Assembly: GCA_028534125.1 (NCBI GenBank)
Contig: CM052831.1
Span: 26,970,001 to 27,034,000, forward strand
Direction: 5' to 3'
Origin: Lama glama
Taxonomy: Eukaryota
DNA length: 64,000 bases
This document shows, one piece after another, positions 11,130 to 23,011 of the stretch (positions within the stretch are counted from its first letter, which is position 1; each line of letters opens with the position of its first letter). A model generated the notes under the pieces. The model was not told where the DNA came from and made no database searches. It saw only the letters and a list, made by a program, of their open reading frames with translations. A program made the translations under genes and the position numbers.

Positions 11130-12220
11130 CTGCTTCCCAATTTCCCTTCAGCCAGCCATCCATCTGTGAGGATGTCCGCCCCCAGACTGGGCTGTGTTCC
11201 TCCGGGGTCGGACTTTGGCACCGCATCCAGGCTGGCAGGAGGCTATGCTCTTTGGTTTGCCTTTCTCGCGTTTCCAGCCCAGCCGCAGCTGAACCCACGC
11301 CCCGGGCGTGTCGCGCCGTCACTCGGAACTTCCCTGTCTCCACACGTTAGTCCCGTCCAGAATCCCGGCAGGAATCGAGCTTAAACAGCGAAGTCTCCTC
11401 GTACCTCTGGACGTAGGAGTTACAGGCTTGGACCTCAGACTCAAGCAGGTGACAGCCGGAAGACAAGAGGAAAGTTGGGAGGCGCGCCCCAGCCACGCCC
11501 CTTCTATATTTGGGTCGCAGCCCTTTAAGAAGCTCCTCATTCACGACTCCGTCGGACCCGGCAGCGGAGGAGCACCAGGATTGGTCAATTCGAGTGTAGG
11601 TGTCGCTCAGCAGCAGCCAATGGTGGGGTAAGGGCTGGTCAAGGTTTGCGCATGCGCACCGCCGCCTACCTGCTCCTGGGCCGCTGGCGACCGGTCCGGG
11701 CCAGCCTGATGGGCTAAGGGTGTGAAGGAGGCGGTGGGCGGCACGCCGCGGCCGGAGGGCACCGACTGCAAGGCCGCGGTCAGGGCGAGGTGAGAGCTGG
11801 CGGGCGAAGGCGGGCTGAAGTGGGAGCCGCGGTCCGTTAGCTGAGAGCAGGCGGCTCGGGTGTGGCGCAGGGCGGGCCTGGAGGTGGAGGCGGCCCCGGG
11901 CCCGCCCCGCCCTCAGGCCCAGTTAAGCAACACCGGGCTTCGTGCAGCTTCCCGGAGTCCTCGGTCCGTTCTGCCGCCGGCTTCCTGGAGTCCTCGGTCT
12001 CTTTTGCCGCTGCTCTCCGGACTCCGGGAAGATCTGAGGTGCGCGCCTGCAGGGAGCCTCAGCGGGTCGAGTGCTGCCCCCAGTGGGAGGAGACGGGGTG
12101 TGTCCAAATGAAAGAAGGGGTGATTATTTCCTTAATTACCTACAAACGTCACGTCAGAGTGTGGTTAAATTTTGATAGCAAACTTCTCTTAGCGTGACGA
12201 TATTCTAAGACTTGGTTTAC
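11130..12220. promoter_or_regulatory. CpG island / main SEC22C promoter
   Basis: Perfect NRF1 palindrome TGCGCATGCGCA at 11647-11658, CCAAT boxes at ~11580 (reverse) and ~11617, GC boxes, tandem CGTCA at ~12148-12156. Confidence 0.85.
11680..11789 (+). other. SEC22C: Probable SEC22C non-coding exon 1
   Basis: Donor GAG|GTGAGA at 11789/11790 downstream of the NRF1/CCAAT core. TSS approximate. Confidence 0.6.
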
Positions 12221-13136
12221 CAAAACTGGGTGCGCTTGGCCAGCTTTTCTGAACATCAGATGTAGGAGGTGATGTACGTTTGTGTCCGTTATAGGATTAC
12301 ATCTAGACCTCCAGAGCCAAGATTAAGCACTCCAGGAAAAACTAGGTTTGTAGAAATCAAAGCCACAAAAGCATATTCCCAGTGGTGAAAAGTAACTGGT
12401 GAAATTTGTGACATGGTCTGAAAAGAAATAAAGCTCAGATAATGGTTAGGGTAAATCTTCATTAGATTTTACAAAGAAAGGAATTAATCCCGATACAGAT
12501 AATTTTAGTAAAATGAAAATGTAAATCATTAAAAATGCTTTAATATTGCTAAATAGAATTAAATTTACATAATAGTTTGCTCTGGAAAATACGTTTTAGA
12601 CAATGTTGTTATAGCTGTAAGTGTTTGTGTTTACAACACAGAGGACATTTTGGGGTCCCAAAGTTTTTTATTCTTGGGAGGAACCTCAGATAGCAGCCAC
12701 ATCCAAAAGTGACTGATGGTCAGAGAGGAAAATTGGCTTATCCAAAGTAATACAACGAGTAAGGAGCAGCTGTAACTAGTATAACTCTAGGCCTTGGCTC
12801 CTTTAATTAACAGGTCTCTGATTAGTTCTAAGTATTAGTGCTTTTAGGGGAAGGAATTGTTTTAGAGAAACAGAGTAGCTGTAATCCCAAAGATTGGATT
12901 TAGAGAAACAGTGTAGTGGAAAGATCATAGGCATCCCAATATTTTGAGTAAGGAAATTTTGACTGGAATACTGACTTTACCATGTGAGCCTTGGAGCTAC
13001 AGTTTTCCCATGTGTCCAGTGCAGATTATGCCTACCTCATAGATGGTTATGAGCATTAAATAACTATCAGTGTAAAAGTTCCTTCCTAGCACACTGCCTG
13101 GCACATAATATTAGTCACTATCAAATTCAGTCCCCT

Positions 13137-13198
13137 TTGTGCTGTACAACAAAAATTGACACAACATTGTAAAGTGACTATATACCTCAATTAAAAAA
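13137..13198 (+). mobile_element. Extremely 5'-truncated L1 (3' tip, ~60 bp) with TSD
   Basis: ctgtacaacaaaaattgacacaacattgtaaagtgactata...tcaattaaaaaa, flanked by aaattcagtcccct (13123-13136) and aaattcagttcccct (13199-13213). Confidence 0.75.
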
Positions 13199-13843
13199 AA
13201 ATTCAGTTCCCCTACTCTTTTTGGCTCCTAACAAATGACAAAGTTGACCTCTCCCCACCTCCCTACTCCACTCCCAAGCATGGAACAAAGGTGCTTTCAT
13301 GAACTACAAATTAGGTAACCAGTTCTCAAGGCCTGTGGCTGAAGGTGAATTCAGTAAGGGTGACATAACTCAACTTTGTCTTTTGTATTGTGTATTTGAG
13401 GAGTGGGTCACATGCCTTATGAGAAACTCTTGGTTTGAATATTTGCGTGCCAGGTGAATCTTGTTTTGCTTAATTACTATTTTGCAAGGCCTGGTAGTTT
13501 AATACCCTTTCTCCCTCCCTTTTTGAGGGAGGAGGAGGTGTGTATGTGGTAGAGATTTGGGAGAGAGTTAAGGGTACGGGCGCAAAGAAACCAGTGGGAA
13601 CAGGAGTGCCCTCCAGCTAGGTACAGTCTTTGCAGGTAGAACAGGGATAATCTTTGACTTGAGCAGTTTATAAATAGATGCTGAGAAGAGGATTTAGGAA
13701 ATGAGGGAGGCAGATTAAAATATAATTTTAATAAAATCTGATGGTAACTAGGATGCTGTATTTGATTACTACTTCAGTTTCTGTTTTTAAAATTTTTCAT
13801 TTATTTAAACCTCTTTTCCTGTCCAAGTAGAGGGTCATTACCT

Positions 13844-13880
13844 CTGCAGTTTTCCGCTCTACTAGCTGAGCTATGGAAGG
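13844..13880 (-). pseudogene. tRNA-Tyr(GTA)-derived 5'-half fragment
   Basis: Minus strand CCTTCCATAGCTCAGCTAGTAGAGCGGAAAACTGCAG versus recalled tRNA-Tyr CCTTCGATAGCTCAGCTGGTAGAGCGGAGGACTGTAG, 32/37 identical. No 3' half or B box. Confidence 0.8.
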
Positions 13881-13938
13881 GTGCACAAGTAGACAGTGTG
13901 GAAACGTTTTTATCAGTTGTAAAACTTTTTTTTTATTA

Positions 13939-14093
13939 NNNNNNNNNNNNNNNNNNNNNNNNNNNNNNNNNNNNNNNNNNNNNNNNNNNNNNNNNNNNNN
14001 NNNNNNNNNNNNNNNNNNNNNNNNNNNNNNNNNNNNNNNNNNNNNNNNNNNNNNNNNNNNNNNNNNNNNNNNNNNNNNNNNNNNNNNNNNNNN
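13939..14093. other. Assembly gap (155 N)
   Basis: Run of N. Confidence 1.
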
Positions 14094-17000
14094 TTGCACC
14101 ATTGTCAAAAATCATTCAGCTGTCCTTGTGTAGGTTTGTTTCTGGGTTCTCCAATCTGTTTCATTGATCTGAGTGTCTATACCACACAATCTTGGTTATT
14201 GTAGCTATATGGTAAGTCTTGAAATAGGATAGCATGGTTCCATCCACTTTATTGTTTTTCAAACTTGCTTTAACTGTTTGTTTCTTTGCCTTTCCATATA
14301 AATTTTAGAATAATCTACAAACTATCTTACTGATATTTTTACAGGAATTGTATTAAACCCGTATGTCACTTTGGGGAAGAAATGACATCTTTACTATGTT
14401 CAGTCTTCCGATCCATAAACATGGTATATCTCCTCATTTATTTAGGACTTCTTTGATTTCTTTCAGCAGTGTTTTGTAGTTTTCAGCATACAGCTCCTAT
14501 ACATGTTTTGTTAGTTTACACCTAATTATTGCATTTTGAAGAATATAGGTTTATTGAGGTCATTTTTTTAGATGATTATAAATGTTATTTTTATGTTTAA
14601 TTTTGGCTTCTATGTGTTTGTTGCTGGCATGTAGAAAAACAATTGATTTTTGTATATTGATCTTATATTCTACAACCTTATTAAACTCATTCATTTTAGA
14701 CTTTTTGTAGACTCTTTGGAATTTTCCATGTAGACAATTATGTCATCTGCAGGTAAGAGTAATTTTGTTTCTTCCTTTCCTATTTATGCCTTTTATTTCA
14801 GTTTCTTGCCTTAATGCACTGGGTAGAACATCCAGTACTGTGTTTAATAGTAGTATACGTGAGAGCAGACATCTTTGTCCCTGACTTTGAAGAGAAAGAA
14901 TTCAGTCTTTTACCCTTAAGTATGATGGTTGTAGGCTTTTTGTAGATGCTCTTTATCAGGTTGAGAAAGTTCTCCGCTGTTCCTATTTTGCTAAGAGTTT
15001 TATCATGAATGGGTGTTGAATTTTGTCACATGTCCTTTCTGCATTAATTGACATAATTGTGTGACTTTTCCTATTTAGCACTTTAATATGATGGATTATA
15101 TTGATAGATTGTTGAACATTAAGCCAGCCTTGCATCCTGGGATAAATCCCACTTGGTTATGGTGCCTAATTCTTTTTATTATATCACTGAATTTTAGTTG
15201 CTAATATTTTGTTAAGGATTTTTGCATGTAAATTCAGGAGGGGTATTGGTCTATAATTTTCTGTTTTTCTACTGTCTTTGTCTAGTTTTGATATCAGGGT
15301 AATATTAGCTTCATAAAATAAATTTGGAATTGTTCCTTCCTCTTCTCTTTTTTTGAAAGAGATTGTGCAAAATTGATGTTAATTCTTTCTTAAATGTTTG
15401 GTAGAATTCTCCAGTGAAACCATCTGAGCCTGGATATTTCCTTTTCACAAGTTTTAAAATTACAAATGAAATTTTCTTAGTAGGAAATTTAGTTACAGAC
15501 TATTTAAATTACCTATTTCATATTGGGTGAATTGTGGTAGTTTGTGCTTTTTGAGGAATTGAGCCATTTCACCTATGTTGTCAGATGTGTATATGTAGGG
15601 TTGTTTGTAGCATTCCCATATGATTCTTTTAATGTCTGTAGTGATATCCCCTGTTTCATTCTTGATAATGGTAATTTGTCTCTTCTCTCATATTTTCCTT
15701 TGTCACTTTTGGTAAAGGTTTGTCAATTTTATTTATCTTTTCAAAGGACCAACATTTTATTTCATTGATTTTCTCTATTGCTTTTCTGTTTTCATTGATT
15801 TCTACTGTATTATCCTGCCTGCTTTGTTTATTTGTTTCTGCTTCTCTTTTTCTAGTTTCTTGACATGTAAGCTTAAATTACTGTTTTGAGACTTTTCCTC
15901 TTTTCTAATGTTAGCATGTAGTGCTGTAAGTTTCCCTCTCAGCACTGCTTTAACTGTGTCCCACAAATTTTGATATTTTTCTTTTCATTAGGTTCATTAT
16001 ATTTTTAAATTTCCTTTGAGACTTCCTTTTTGACCCATGGACTATTTAAAAGTGTGTTGTTTAATTTTTAAATATTTGGAGGTTTGCATTACCATTCTGT
16101 TACTAATTTCCATTTTGACTACATTGTGATCACAGAATGTACTCTGTATGAATTCTTTTAAATTTGTTGAGAATTGTTTTATGGCTGCTTGAAAGGAATT
16201 CTGTTGTTGGACAATGTTCTATAAATGTTGATTACATACTTTGGTTGATAGTTTGTTGAGATCTGTATCTTTGATGATTTTCTCTCTAGTTCTGTCAGTT
16301 TTGAGAGAGGGATGTTGAAGTCTTCAACTGTAACTGTGGAGGATTTGTCTGTTTCTCCTTTCACTTTATTAGTTTTACTTTGCATATTTTAGATCTCTGT
16401 TTTTTGGCACATACACATTTATTTTTATGTCCTCTTGGGAGATTTATTCTTTTATCACTATGTAATGTTCTTCTCTTTCCATCCATGGAAATTTCCTTTG
16501 TTCTGAAGTCTACTTTGTCTGATATTAATATAATTCACTCTTTCTTTTGATTAATGTTTACATGGTATATTTTTTTCTAGTTATTTACTTTCAAGCTGTC
16601 TGTATTTTAAAATTTGAAGTTTCTTGTAGAAAGTGTATAATTGGGTCATGTGTTTTATCCATTCTTTTCTTTTCTGTCTTTAATTGTATATTTAGACCAT
16701 TTAATGTAATCATTGATATATCAGGGTTTAAGTCTGCTCTTATATTCTTTGTTTTCTGTTTATTCTGATTTTTAAAATTATTTTCTTTTCCCTGCATTCC
16801 TGTGAGTAAATTCAGACATTTTTAAGAATTCCGTTTTTTTTTTTATTTATAGTGTTTTTGAATGTATATCTTCATGTAGCCTTTTCAGTGGTTGCTCCAG
16901 TGTATAGACATATACATACATGTATTTGTGTGTGTGTGTGTGTGTGTGTATCTTATAGTCTCCTGGTCTCCATATTTTACCATTTCAAGTAAAATGTAGA

Positions 17001-18940
17001 AACTCTACCTATTTCCATTTCTGTACCCTCTCCCATTTATAATTGTCTTGTATTTCCTTTATATACATTGAGAACCACATCAAACATGTGATAATTATTG
17101 CTTCAATCATCATAGATTTATAAATTCATAAAGTGAAGGGTAGTCTATTGGGTTTTTCCCATGTTTTCTGGGAAAAACTTAAGAAAAATTTCTGGAGTTC
17201 TGTTGTTTTTTCTTCCTTGCTGATGTTCCAAAATTCCCTCTTCTATCTTTTTTTTTTTTTTTGTCTCCCTGTTTAGTGAGCCTCCTTTAGCCATTCTTTT
17301 AGAGCAGGTGTGCTGGCAACATATTCTTTCAGGGTTTCTTCATCTGAGTATGTTTTCATTTTGCCTTCATTCTTGAAGGATACTTCTGCTGAAAATACAG
17401 AATCCTGGGTTGGCAGTTCTTCTCTTTTAGCTCTTCCTTTTGGCCTCTGTGATTTCTATGAGAAATTTGCTGTCATTTGAATTGTTTTTCTTCCATAGGC
17501 AAGGTATTGTTTCTTGCTGCTTTCAAGATTTTTTTTCTGTCTTTAGTTTTCTTAAGTTTGACTGTTACGTGTGTTGGCATGGATTTCTTTGGGTTTACCC
17601 TTTCTGGGATTTATTCTGCTTTTTGAATCTATTGGCTTATGAATTTTGCCAGATTTGGGAAGTTTTGACATTATTTCTTTGAATACCTTTTTAGTCCTGC
17701 CCTCTGCTCTCCTCCAGGACTCCAGTGACATAAATGGATCATTTGTTAAAGTCCCACAGTCTGTGAAGCTCTGCACAGTTCAATCTAGTTTCTCTCAGAT
17801 TGTTCAAATTAGGTAATTTTTATGTTCTGTCTTCAAGTTTACTGATTCATCCTTCTGTCCCTTCCATTTTACTGTTGAGCTCATCCATTGAGTTTTTTAT
17901 ATCAGTTAATGTATTTTTAATTCTAAAACTCCATTTGGTTCTTTATATCTTTGGTTCTTTATATCTTCCATTTCTTTGTTGAGAATCAGTTTTTAATTTG
18001 TTTCAAGTCTGTTTGTAATTGTTCATTGAAACATGTTTATGATGGCTGATTTAAAATCTGCCAGCTAATTCTGTCATCTGTGTCGTTTTGATGTTGGCAT
18101 CAGTTAATTGTTTCTTGTTACTCAAGTTGAGATTTTCCTGATTCTTACTGTGGCCAGTGATTTTCTGTTGAAACCTGGGCACTTTGGGCATTATATTATG
18201 AGACTCTGTCTCTTATTTAAATCTTTTGTTTTAATTGGCCCTTGCTGACACTGTGCTAGCAGCAGAAGTGGGGGTTCTATCTCACTACTGCCATGTGGCC
18301 TCTTTTGACTCCCTGAAAGGCAGGGGCTGCTCATTATTCCTGGGCAGAGATGGGGATTCCTTCTCCCCGGTGGTGCAGCAGGAGATGTTGGCTCATTGCC
18401 TATAGCGCCTGTAGCTCCCCACTTGGTCTTCTCTGACATTACCCCAGGAGGGTTGGGAGTTGAGGATGGGGCACCTCTTTACCACCAGGTAAGAGTAGAA
18501 GTCAAGGCTTTTCTCAGCCTTTGCTGGTGGGTATGTAAAATAGCTGCAGCTTTTTTCTGTGGTGTTTGGCTGGAGTTGAACATTTTTGTCTAAGAGTTTT
18601 CTGTTTTGCTGGGTTGTACCTTTCCTGGTTGTTTGGCCAGAGAGACACAGCTGTTCGTTGTTGTTGTTGGGGTTTTTTTTTTTCCCTATGCCCATTGGTA
18701 TTTCCAGATTGTCAGCTTCTCCAGCGCCAAGACTGGGATATATGAAGCAAAAAGAAAACCTTGGGAACTCACAGCGTTTCATTCCTCAGGTCCCAAGGTC
18801 CCTGCCAGTCTGCCTTCTTCTCTTTGCCTTCCAGAGACTTCTTCTGTTTGTTTCATGTATAATGCCCATGGCTTGTAGTTGTATTTAGTGGGAGTAGGAA
18901 AAAGTGCTTCAGCCTCACCTTTCCAGAAGCAGAGACTCCA
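14094..18940 (-). mobile_element. Large degenerate L1M element (ORF2, ORF1 and 5'UTR remnants) in SEC22C intron 1
   Basis: Minus-strand remnants of the ORF2 endonuclease (ISMITLNGLN...FLQET at 16591-16797; VEDFNIPLS at 16179-16385) and ORF1-like KVFKEIMSKLP (17552-17776). Many stops and frameshifts. Confidence 0.85.
16927..16948 (+). repeat. (TG)11 microsatellite
   Basis: Read directly from the sequence. Confidence 0.9.
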
Positions 18941-21577
18941 GGCCATTCTTTTTTGAGCAGTGGTCAGATCTCTTATTTAAGTCCAGACTGTCTCATACTG
19001 GTGCATAACCTGAATTCACAAACATCAAATCCCTGCAGTGTGTAAAGCCCTTACCAGGCATTGTGGGGAACACAAGGATGAGCCTCTCCCTACTAGTATC
19101 AAATTTTTTTCATCTTTTGGAATACAAAGTGCATTTTCACAAAGGGAAGAACTGTTGAGGGGGTGTGGTCTCTGTTCTTAGACTTCCACAGCAGCAGGTA
19201 AGATCCCGCCACCTCTCAGGCTACTGCCAGCCTGTGCGTGCACACACTCACACGGATACACATATGCATGTAACAGTTCATAGCTCAGTGTCACCTTCAT
19301 CTAAGCATTGCAAATATTTTAAAATATTTTTATAAAATGATTGTAGGTTTCACTAGTTTGCAGTACTAGTAACTCGATAGAACTGATACAGTTTTTATCT
19401 TGAATGCTGCTGTTTGAGGAGAAACAGATTTGATCACCAAAAGAATAAAATGGTTCAAGTAGAAAGCTTGGAGGGGACTTTGGGTCCTTTAGAGAGTGGT
19501 CGAACTGGTTCCTGTGATTGCTGTCACTTGGAAGGGTCACTGTTTTCTTCTTACTAGTTTAACACGATACCTGGCACACAGCAGGTGCTCCATAAAGACT
19601 GCACTAGAGAGGATATTTGGGGTTGACAGTTGGAATAAATGCGTACTGCTTTCCATAGAAGAGCATACAGCTTACTCAGCACCCGAAAAAGAACCTTGCT
19701 TGGGGTGTTTCTATCCTGTCTCTGACTTTCTTGGTATCTCATTGATTTGTTGCCCCGCCTTCTCTGGTCTTTCTCTCTCACTCTTTGCCTCCATGTCTTT
19801 ATGTCTTGGCCAAGGGCTCTTGTTGAAATCATTTATATATTTATTTTTAGCAGGTAGTGTTCTTAGAACCATCTCTGTTAGAAGTGTTCTTAAACACTTC
19901 TCTGCACGCATCATAGGATGGCTGCAACTTCCATTCACGCTGTAACACTGTTCTCACGGTGGCAGGCAAGTTGAAGTTCCTGTTTAGACCCCAAGCCCTG
20001 GTCTCAGGTTGATCTTGTAGTCTTTCCTTATCTCTGTCAGAACTCTGTACCCTCCTTAAAAAAATTTCTCTAAATTATATATGTCAAACATTCATGAAAG
20101 TATAGGTGATAATGCAGTTAGCCTCCATACACTTGTCCTCTGATGCCCTTTCTGGTGCTCTAAGTCTCCACACTGGCCAGGCAGCTAGAGTACAGCCTGA
20201 AGGGTCTTCTTCCTGTTGACCTGGCCTTGCCAGTGGTGCTGGGAATGTAGCAGTTTTGTGTGCAGAGGTATTTTTCCTGAGACTTTTCGGATTTTGACTC
20301 CTCAGTGGAGAGTGTGGGGAGATGGGACAGATGAGCTGTGGAGGGTCTGTGGCCTGGTAGACTAATTTTTCTTTTTACCTCCTCTTGCTTTTATACCACT
20401 GCAGTTTCTTCATGTGTAAAATGTCAGTAATTACCCATTCATCCATTCCAGATATGGTCTTTATTCTTAGAACTGACACTTAGGTGGTGGAAATGATCAT
20501 CAGTGAAATAGAGAACAGAGGGGTGGGTGCTCTGGGGATTTAGAGGAGATGGAAGTACTTCTGGTGGGGTGTATTGGAGACGGTCCTTGATGTGGACTTG
20601 GCCATGGGGAGATCTGAGGATGCAGACTGGGCGAGAACACACAGAGGCAGAGAGCAGTGTGCACCCTGGGGCTCCCGTTTCCCACTGCTCATGGGAACTG
20701 CGATGCCAGATTATGTCCCCAGGGTTCTTTGGAAAGAAAGTCCACCAGTATACGTACCTGTTTATATCCTATCTAGTAGAGGACTTGACAACAGGGTCTG
20801 TGAGGCAGGATGTGTGGGTCACGGAAAGGCCCATTAGAGCTGTGATAGCTACCTCACTTGCCCCTTGTTGCAGGTCTGTCATGTGCAGATGTGCAGGTTT
20901 TGCCCTGTATTCCTGCAGCCATCTGTGGGAACTCAGTCATCATGTTGGAGACTGGCTCGGTGTCAGACATTTGCAGAAGTTTGGGAGGATATGCTACACC
21001 CTCTGTTTCATTTTTGCCTTCTGCTCTCCTTGCCGCCGGCTTTAAGTTAAATGCTCAGAACCCTCCACTGCAGGTGAGGGAGTGGCAAGTACGCTGCTCA
21101 GTACCTACCTTGATAGGTGACCTGAAATGCACAGGTCACTGGACACCATCTCTGCTGCCTCAGGGTCAGGCTCTTCCTGTCTCTTTGAGGCCGTCTTGCT
21201 CCCTGCCTCCTGTTACCCACTGTCCCTGCTATTGCTCCTGAGCCCTTCTGGTCCTGCTTCCTTGCGTCTCTGTTTCCTCACCCAGTTGGTTTACTAATTC
21301 TGGAAATGGAGGGATTCCTTAGAGAGGTGGAAGAGGAGGACTACAAGTGAGGAAGAGACAGGGAGGATAATGAAGGAAGGAAAACTGGGAGTGACATAAT
21401 AGTAGAGGGTAGGGAAATCATAATTAAAGCCACACTTACATTTGTGGTGGGGGTGAGGGTGGCACAGTCCAGAGTGGCCGTTTCTAGGGCGGGGGTCTCC
21501 CTGGCACCATCATCCGGCCCGCAGTAACAAGGTGACCTTGCCTCCCTCAGGTGTCCTCATGACTCGTCTCGTGGACC

Positions 21578-21759
21578 ATGTCCATGATCCTTTTCGCCTG
21601 TGTGGTAAGGGTGAGGGATGGACTGCCTCTGTCAGCCTCCACTGACTTTTACCACACCCAGGATTTTCTGGAATGCAGGAGACGGCTCAAGACTTTAGCC
21701 TTGCGACTGGCCCAGTATCCAGGTCGAGGTTCTGCAGAAGGACGTGACTTCAATATTCA
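21578..21759 (+). CDS. SEC22C: Vesicle-trafficking protein SEC22c, first coding exon (longin domain start; exon begins at 21551)
   Basis: Acceptor ccctcag|; MSMILFACVVRVRDGLPLSASTD...; donor CA|GTAAGC. Confidence 0.97.
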
Positions 21760-22512
21760 GTAAGCAAGTGTGTTCAACCTTCCAGAGCACCTGCATAATT
21801 TGGGTTACTCATAACCACATGTTGAGGTGACATTGTGCTGATCACACTGTGTGTTACAAGCAGGTCTGACACAGGTAGCAGTCTGAGGTCGGGCGTGTTT
21901 ACAACAATAGCATCAAAGGGGCTCAAGTTCTGCTGCCCCAGCTCCCACCTCCTGTGAGCAGAGCGCCTGTGAGCATCGCGAGGCCCGGCTCACACACTCT
22001 TCATGCCTTTAGTTTGGTAGTTTTCTCTGCATTTGATGCAGGGGTGGAAAAACGGTGAGGAGGGAGGAGAGACTAGATTAAAATGTCAGGAAAGGTAAAG
22101 GACGGCAGTGAGGAAGCCAAGAAAATGACTTCAGTTTTTGCTTTTTAGTTTTTTCACTTAAAAATTTTTTCTAATTAAAAAGTTTTTATGTGACAGGAGT
22201 ATAAGAGTGAAAAATGAGCACAAGTAGGTCCATCTTTTCAAGGGTCTCAAAGTTGATGAGGGGGCGAGAGAAATGTATAACTGAAGTAATACAAGGGGCA
22301 AGTGCTCCAGTGGAAGTAGGAATCAAGTGGTCACGATAACCGTCGTAATAAAAGCTATTATTATTGAGTGTTTTCCACGTGTCAGGCACTATTCTAAGTG
22401 CTTCATGTGGCTGATGAGGCAGGTAGAGTGTTATACCTGTTTGACAGAGCAGGACACTGAGGGTAGGCAGCTTACCTAAGGTCACACTGGTGGTAAGTAG
22501 TAGGGTCAGGAT

Positions 22513-23011
22513 TTTTTTTTAAAAACTCACATCTCATAGAACTTTAATAACTGAACACACCATTTACAGTTACAGCACTGGGATATTCTGATCCAGTTGT
22601 GAGGCTATAAACTCTAATGTTGAAATGAACTGTGAATTTGAATTAAGCTATTATCCCTAGAGTACCTTGTTCTATTAATCAATGTATTGGATCAATAAGT
22701 GTAAAAGCATTTTGAATAGGTGGTCTAAATTTTAATCACTTGGAGCTTATTTTATGCACTGAGGCCACCACAACCAAAATTATTAACCCATTAAAAGCTA
22801 TACTATCCCTTAAGATTCAATTATTTATTTTATAGATTAAATACATCAAACACCATAGAATCTTCTCACCTTGTATTGCTCTCACCTCTTTGTGGGAAGG
22901 TCAGTTTCACTGATGAAAAGAGATAGTAAAAAACTTGTACGGCCATTCTCCCAATTCCTTATTTACAAAACAAATGATTATGCTACCTTTACAGGGTCAG
23001 GATACCTTGGG
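22513..23011 (-). mobile_element. Polyadenylated retroposed insertion (processed 3'UTR fragment or orphan transduction) inside a MIR
   Basis: Poly(T) at 22512-22520, ATTAAA on the minus strand at 22543-22548, flanking direct repeats. The MIR resumes after the insert. Confidence 0.65.

Noticed and set aside
14094-18940. Possibly active L1
   Set aside because: ORFs are fragmented by many stops and frameshifts; an ancient element.
20527-21241. 172-aa and 127-aa + strand ORFs in SEC22C intron 1
   Set aside because: Non-ATG starts, no recognisable homology, no exon signals.
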